Assembly: GCA_002432635.1 (NCBI GenBank)
Contig: DJFX01000012.1
Location: forward strand, 112-64,111
DNA: 64,000 bases
Direction of reading: 5' to 3'
Origin: Halothiobacillaceae bacterium UBA5861
Lineage (GTDB): Bacteria; Pseudomonadota; Gammaproteobacteria; UBA5861
Shown: positions 58,983 to 64,000 of the stretch, in pieces
Position numbering within the stretch: the first letter of the stretch is position 1
How the letters are laid out: every line of letters begins with the position of its first letter
The notes under the pieces: model-generated
Told to the model about the DNA's origin: nothing
The model's database searches: none
The model's input: the letters and a program-made list of their open reading frames with translations, nothing else
Made by a program: the position numbers and the translations under genes

Positions 58983-59206
58983 CGCGGTATTTCCATAGCT
59001 TTCAAACGTACGATCATCGCTTCAATACGGCTCCTGGCTAGCTCATTTTTTTCAATCAAATCGGAACGCTCACGTGACAGTGACTGATTCTGCTCTTGTA
59101 ACGTTTGGTTGTCAGACTTTAAGCGTGCGCACAAATCCGCAAGCAGTTGAACCTCTTCTGCCAGCTGTTCAAGCTGTTGATCTGTTGATTTTGAAACACT
59201 TTCCAT
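58979..59206 (-). CDS. Small coiled-coil protein, TIGR02449-like (ZapB-like, usually found upstream of zapA)
   Basis: About 75 aa, entirely heptad/coiled-coil. Overlaps zapA by 4 nt. Confidence 0.6.
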   Translation of the reverse strand: MESVSKSTDQQLEQLAEEVQLLADLCARLKSDNQTLQEQNQSLSRERSDLIEKNELARSRIEAMIVRLKAMEIPR

Positions 59207-59434
59207 AACGCTTCCAATAGTAGGTGCCGATCCTAGTTGGGTCAATTAATTAGTTTAATACAACGCCCAACTGAAACCTGCATGATATTGATTAAACAAA
59301 TAATTTTTGCGAAATGCATCACCCATGCTGGAATGAATCCCAAACTTCCTTATACTTAGGCATTGTTTCGGACAAAAAACCAATCTATTGAGTATCGAGT
59401 CAATACTCGCCCAGACAGGCTTGCAAAATAATAT

Positions 59435-59977
59435 ATGTACGACGAACTGGAGACAGCCCTCAAGCAATGCGGCTCCCCCGCATCCGCGGCAGAATGCCAT
59501 GGCATTCTTGTCGGCACCCTTTGCGCCAAGAACGAGGCCGACCCTACGATCTGGCAAAAGCATATTTTCCCCACCTCCGATGATGAGCAACATTCCGACG
59601 AGGTTTACCACCTCATCGCCGAGATCAGCAAAGAACTGCCGCAGTCTCTGTGCGAGGAATCCTTTGATTTTCATCTACTGCTCCCAGATCCGGGCAGTCC
59701 ACTCGACTTGCGAACCCAGGCACTGAGCCATTGGTGCCAAGGCTTTATTATTGGCGTCACCGAAGGCGGTCTCCAAGCGTTTAAACACTTGCCGGAAGAC
59801 AGCACCGAGCTGATCAGTGACTTTGTTAAAATTGCCCGTCTGTCCAGCAGTACGCCGGATGAAACCAATGAAAACGAATCGGACTATGTTGAAATCGAAG
59901 AATATGTCCGCACGGGAGTCCAACTGATCTACTACGAGCTCCAATTGTCAACGGCGAACACCCATCGGCTTCACTAA
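59435..59977 (+). CDS. ygfB: YgfB/UPF0149-family protein
   Basis: UPF0149 pattern (ECHGIL.G, HWCQGFI.G). Conserved position upstream of pepP. Confidence 0.75.
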   Translation: MYDELETALKQCGSPASAAECHGILVGTLCAKNEADPTIWQKHIFPTSDDEQHSDEVYHLIAEISKELPQSLCEESFDFHLLLPDPGSPLDLRTQALSHWCQGFIIGVTEGGLQAFKHLPEDSTELISDFVKIARLSSSTPDETNENESDYVEIEEYVRTGVQLIYYELQLSTANTHRLH

Positions 59978-60008
59978 CACCAGACTCATCACATCACAGA
60001 CACCGGAT

Positions 60009-61328
60009 ATGCTCAACAAAACACAACTGAAAGAATACCACCGCCGGCGCCAGAATCTTATGCGAGCAATGGGCAACAACGCAATCGCCATTATTCCTGC
60101 AGCCAACGTTAAACCGCGTAACCGCGATGTGGACTACCCTTACCGCCAAGACAGCGACTTTTTCTATTTAACCGGCTTTACGGAGCCCGAGTCCGTCGCT
60201 CTGCTGGCACCTGGTCGAAAAGGCGGTGAATTCATTCTTTTTTGTCGACAGCGTGACCCCCAACAAGAAACCTGGCACGGCCGCCGCCTCGGGGTTGAAC
60301 GCGCTCCAGAAACACTCGGGGCTGACGATGCCTTTCCTATCGACGACATCGACGAAATTTTGCCGGGAATGATGGAGCATGGGGAGCGCATTTTTTACAG
60401 CATGGGCCTTAACCCTGAATTTGATGCTCAAGTGATGCATTGGGTCAATCAGGTTCGTGCCAATATTCGCGCAGGTAGCCACCCCCCCAAAGAATTCATC
60501 TCGCTTGATCATATCCTGCACGAAATGCGCCTGTACAAAAGCCGGCTGGAAACCGGGCTGATGCGCAAAGCCGGGAAAATATCCGCGCAAGCACATATGC
60601 GGGCGATGCAGGCGTGCAAACCCGGCATGACGGAATATCAACTCGCGGCAGAATTTACTTATACGTTTGCCAAGAACAATGCATGCGAAGCTTACCCTTC
60701 TATTGTCGGTGGTGGGGCGAACGGCTGTATTTTGCACTACACCGAGAACAGCGATGCTTTGCAGGACGGCGATCTGGTATTGATTGATGCCGGAGCAGAG
60801 TACCAGGGCTACGCCGCCGACATTACCCGTACGTTTCCAGTTAATGGCCGCTTTTCCAGTATCCAGCGCGAGGTCTACGAAATCGTTTTGGAAGCACAAG
60901 CGAAAGCCATTGATAAAGTCAAACCAGGTAACAGTTGGGATGATCCTCACCAGGCCGCAATCAGAGTCTTGACCAAAGGTTTAGTTCATCTCGGGCTGTT
61001 AAAAGGCAATGTCAATCAGCTGATTAAGAAAAATGCTTATCAGCCCTACTACATGCACCGGACAGGGCACTGGCTTGGCATGGATGTGCATGATGTTGGC
61101 GACTACAAGCTGGAGGATGATTGGCGGCTTCTGGAGAAGGGCATGGTTACCACCGTTGAACCTGGCCTCTATTTTCCGGCAGAATCGGGCGTCCCCAAGC
61201 CCTTGGCCAACATTGGTATCCGCATTGAAGATGATGTCGTCGTCACACGTGATGGCAACGAGGTACTGACAGACCTTGCACCCAAGTCTGTTGAGGAGAT
61301 CGAAGCTCTGATGGCCTCAACGCCATGA
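60009..61328 (+). CDS. pepP: Xaa-Pro aminopeptidase PepP
   Basis: N-terminal creatinase/prolidase domain plus a pita-bread metallopeptidase domain (HGTGHWLGMDVHD, EPG.Y motifs). Confidence 0.9.
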   Translation: MLNKTQLKEYHRRRQNLMRAMGNNAIAIIPAANVKPRNRDVDYPYRQDSDFFYLTGFTEPESVALLAPGRKGGEFILFCRQRDPQQETWHGRRLGVERAPETLGADDAFPIDDIDEILPGMMEHGERIFYSMGLNPEFDAQVMHWVNQVRANIRAGSHPPKEFISLDHILHEMRLYKSRLETGLMRKAGKISAQAHMRAMQACKPGMTEYQLAAEFTYTFAKNNACEAYPSIVGGGANGCILHYTENSDALQDGDLVLIDAGAEYQGYAADITRTFPVNGRFSSIQREVYEIVLEAQAKAIDKVKPGNSWDDPHQAAIRVLTKGLVHLGLLKGNVNQLIKKNAYQPYYMHRTGHWLGMDVHDVGDYKLEDDWRLLEKGMVTTVEPGLYFPAESGVPKPLANIGIRIEDDVVVTRDGNEVLTDLAPKSVEEIEALMASTP

Positions 61329-62548
61329 ACACCCCAGTGGATTATGACCTCGTCATTGTCGGTGGCGGGGTCGTTGGCGCAGCACTGGCCTGCCGTTTAG
61401 CTGACACGACACTGCAGGTGGCGATGATTGATGCTCACGCCTTTAACGACCATACACAGCCGCATGACGATGACCGCACGCTCGCGCTGTCTTACAGCAC
61501 CCGTTTATTGCTGGAAGAACTTGGCGTGTGGTCGGCTCTGTCGGCATCCGCCGAACCAATTCATACCGTCCACGTCTCGGAAAAAGGTCGCTTTGGCACC
61601 TGCCAATTGCGCCAGCAGGACGCAGGCACACCCGCTCTTGGTTACGTCGTGGAAGCCCGGCAACTTGACCGCATCATGCTGGAACGCCTTCAGTCGCAAG
61701 AAAACGTCGATCTACTCAGCGCAACTCGCGTCACCGCCTTATCTCAGACTCATACTGAAGTTGACCTTGCCGTATCAACAACCGATGGCCACCTCAGCGC
61801 TATCCGCTGCCGCTTGCTTGTCGCCGCAGACGGTAGCCACTCGTCCATTCGAAAAATGACCGGTGTACATGCCAAACACACCGACTACAGGCAAACAGCT
61901 ATCATCACCGTAGCCCAGACGGAACGTCCTCACCAAAATATGGCTTATGAACGTTTCACGCCACAAGGACCACTGGCCATCCTGCCGATGCAAGATGGAC
62001 AATGCTCCATTGTTATGACGGTGGATACGGCTGACGAGGCGATCTTGTCTTCAACAGATACCGAGTTTATTCAAACGCTACACGCTCAGTTTGGTTATCG
62101 GCTGGGGCGTTTTCTGTCTATTGGGAAACGCACGGCCTTCCCGCTCTACCTTGTTCAAAGCGAAACACAATTTACCGGCCGAATTGTTTTTATTGGTAAT
62201 GCCAGAAGAAGCCTTCATCCAGTTGGCGGACAAGGATTTAACCTGGCTCTGCGCGATGTCGACGCCTTGGCCACATGCCTGCTGGAAAACGCCCCCCACC
62301 AGTTCGGCAACAGTACACAATTGACTCGATTCACACAGATGAGACAAAGCGACCAGAGCCGCACAACTTACTTGACTGATGGGCTTGCCCGCCTCTTCAA
62401 GGAAGGGGTAGAGTGGCTAGGCCCTATGCGAGCACTTGGACTGATTTCTCTCGATTTTTCACCCTGGGCGAGAAAGAAATTTGCCCGTCAAATGATGGGC
62501 ATGCACCATTTTTCGCACGACAAACATAACACAAAATTGCTCCCATAA
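61325..62548 (+). CDS. ubiH: FAD-dependent 2-octaprenyl-6-methoxyphenol hydroxylase UbiH
   Basis: GGGVVGAALA FAD-binding motif, DG..S and GDAAH-like motifs. Overlaps pepP by 4 nt, as in enterobacteria and pseudomonads. Confidence 0.8.
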   Translation: MNTPVDYDLVIVGGGVVGAALACRLADTTLQVAMIDAHAFNDHTQPHDDDRTLALSYSTRLLLEELGVWSALSASAEPIHTVHVSEKGRFGTCQLRQQDAGTPALGYVVEARQLDRIMLERLQSQENVDLLSATRVTALSQTHTEVDLAVSTTDGHLSAIRCRLLVAADGSHSSIRKMTGVHAKHTDYRQTAIITVAQTERPHQNMAYERFTPQGPLAILPMQDGQCSIVMTVDTADEAILSSTDTEFIQTLHAQFGYRLGRFLSIGKRTAFPLYLVQSETQFTGRIVFIGNARRSLHPVGGQGFNLALRDVDALATCLLENAPHQFGNSTQLTRFTQMRQSDQSRTTYLTDGLARLFKEGVEWLGPMRALGLISLDFSPWARKKFARQMMGMHHFSHDKHNTKLLP

Positions 62549-62650
62549 CGCATGCTTCTGTGCCACAATGACCTCATGATTTGCAGGGTTTAGAGCAACC
62601 GTTTTTTTGCAAAACCCCGGTTATTTTAGAAGATCCACTTGGAGTAGCAG

Positions 62651-64000
62651 ATGGACACCAAAATACTACTGGCCGAATCAGATATGCCCACGCACTGGTA
62701 CAATGTCGTCGCTGACATGCCTACTCCGCCCTCCCCTCCTTTGGGGCCGGATGGCCAGCCCGTTGACCCGGCAATGCTCAGTGCGATTTTCCCAGAAGCC
62801 ATTATTCAACAAGAAATCAGCTCAGAACGCTGGATTGAGATTCCCAAGCCTGTGCGAGAAGCCCTCTATTTGTGGCGCCCATCTCCACTTTACAGAGCCC
62901 ACCGGCTCGAAAAGAAGCTGGGCACACCAGCAAAGATTTACTACAAAAACGAATCTATCAGCCCGGCTGGATCACACAAACCCAACACAGCGATTCCTCA
63001 GGCCTACTACAACAAACAGGCTGGGATAAAGCGGCTGACAACGGAGACAGGCGCTGGCCAATGGGGGTGTTCATTATCGCTGGCGGGCCAGATCTTTGGG
63101 CTTGATGTCAGAGTGTATATGGTAAAAGTCAGTTATGAGCAAAAGCCTTATCGTCGCTCAATGATGAAAACCTGGGGAGCAGAAGTTTTTGCCAGCCCCA
63201 CAAACATGACAGAAGCCGGCCGCAATGTGCTGGCAAAAGACCCTGACTCACCCGGCTCTTTAGGTATTGCCATTTCAGAAGCGGTGGAAGAAGCTGCTGG
63301 GCGAGAGGACACAAATTACTCGCTGGGCTCTGTGCTCAACCATGTCCTTCTGCACCAAACAATCATTGGCGAAGAAGCCAAAAAACAGCTGGCAATGGTG
63401 GGTGACTATCCTGATACGGTATTCGCACCCTGCGGCGGCGGGTCTAACTTCGGCGGCATCGCCTTTCCTTTTTTCGCGGACAAGGCAGCGGGCAAAGCTA
63501 TTGAATTAGTGGCCGTCGAACCCACGTCCTGTCCAACGCTGACCAAAGGCACGTACGCATACGATTATGGCGACGTAGCAGGCCTAACACCAATCATGAA
63601 AATGTACACGCTGGGACACGACTTTATGCCACCGGGGATCCATGCCGGAGGGTTACGCTATCATGGCGACTCCCCTTTAGTAAGCCAGCTCCACCACGAG
63701 GGTTTGATTAGCGCAGTCGCCATCCCTCAACTGGAAACCTTTCAAGCTGGTGTGTTGTTTGCTCAATCAGAAGGCATCGTGCCTGCACCGGAGTCAACCC
63801 ATGCCATTGCCGCTACCATCCGCGAAGCCAAACGCTGTATTGATACCGGCGAAAATAAGACGCTGCTATTTAATTTATCCGGGCACGGCCATTTTGATAT
63901 GACGGCTTACGATCGCTTTTTTGATGGCAGTCTGGAAGATTTTGAATACCCAGAGGAAGCAATCAAAGCTTCATTAGCCCATTTGCCGAATATTGGCTAA
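62651..64000 (+). CDS. TrpB2-type tryptophan-synthase-beta-like PLP enzyme
   Basis: PLP-lysine motif SHKPN, the GGGSN glycine loop and overall TrpB2 length (449 aa). The stop codon is at the window end. Confidence 0.75.
   Translation: MDTKILLAESDMPTHWYNVVADMPTPPSPPLGPDGQPVDPAMLSAIFPEAIIQQEISSERWIEIPKPVREALYLWRPSPLYRAHRLEKKLGTPAKIYYKNESISPAGSHKPNTAIPQAYYNKQAGIKRLTTETGAGQWGCSLSLAGQIFGLDVRVYMVKVSYEQKPYRRSMMKTWGAEVFASPTNMTEAGRNVLAKDPDSPGSLGIAISEAVEEAAGREDTNYSLGSVLNHVLLHQTIIGEEAKKQLAMVGDYPDTVFAPCGGGSNFGGIAFPFFADKAAGKAIELVAVEPTSCPTLTKGTYAYDYGDVAGLTPIMKMYTLGHDFMPPGIHAGGLRYHGDSPLVSQLHHEGLISAVAIPQLETFQAGVLFAQSEGIVPAPESTHAIAATIREAKRCIDTGENKTLLFNLSGHGHFDMTAYDRFFDGSLEDFEYPEEAIKASLAHLPNIG

Noticed and set aside
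60168-60950. 260-aa minus-strand ORF
   Set aside because: It is fully antisense to pepP, whose frame has unambiguous aminopeptidase P homology.
1-64000. Search for CRISPR arrays, IS elements, integrases, phage, toxin-antitoxin or restriction-modification genes
   Set aside because: No regularly spaced direct repeats, transposase/integrase-like ORFs or recognisable defence-system proteins were seen. The accessory character is carried instead by the biosynthetic and signalling cassettes above.

Overview
This is a 64-kb chromosomal stretch of a gammaproteobacterium at about 50-52% GC, with local deviations. The conserved zapB-like/zapA/ssrS/ygfA and ygfB/pepP/ubiH arrangement, the amgK-murU pair and rnfDGE all point to a Pseudomonadales/Oceanospirillales-type genome. 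Most of the window is housekeeping or metabolism: Rnf complex, MazG, cell-wall recycling AmgK/MurU, PurC, two fatty-acid activation/oxidation gene sets, IlvA, Pat acetyltransferase, YbaK, oxidative-stress genes (Prx5-Grx hybrid, Dps, Grx, GST), a NasA-type MFS porter with a PP2C/Ser-Thr-kinase fusion, PepP, UbiH and a TrpB2-type enzyme. c-di-GMP signalling is unusually dense: a PAS-GGDEF-EAL protein, a globin-coupled GGDEF, a GAF-GGDEF, and a single-domain PilZ inserted antisense inside the rnf operon. One RNA gene was recognised, 6S RNA (ssrS), on the minus strand between zapA and ygfA. The stretches that look accessory or under-described are listed below.
- A tight four-gene minus-strand operon: ArsS-like radical SAM, VOC protein, TIGR04283-like GT2 and TIGR04282/DUF2064-like transferase. 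This is an 'arsenosugar-type' cassette with no arsM nearby.
- A translationally coupled trio: P-loop NTPase, long HTS/MetA-family acyltransferase with an intact Cys-His-Glu triad, and a secreted coiled-coil protein, behind a 430-bp AT-rich leader.
- An AT-rich islet carrying a ClbS/DfsB-family (colibactin self-protection-like) gene next to a split HadAB-like hotdog dehydratase pair.
- A GT4 plus LpxH-family metallophosphoesterase pair.
- A GC-rich UshA-like 5'-nucleotidase lipoprotein followed by a GT4 and a large polytopic membrane protein.
- Two consecutive lipoproteins, one 677 aa, acidic and low-complexity, downstream of an alpha/beta hydrolase.
No CRISPR array, transposase, integrase or phage genes were seen. 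No tRNA was recognised, but the window could not be scanned exhaustively by eye. Start codons were re-picked where alignment to remembered homologues or a ribosome-binding site supported an internal ATG; the ORF track also uses GTG/TTG starts.
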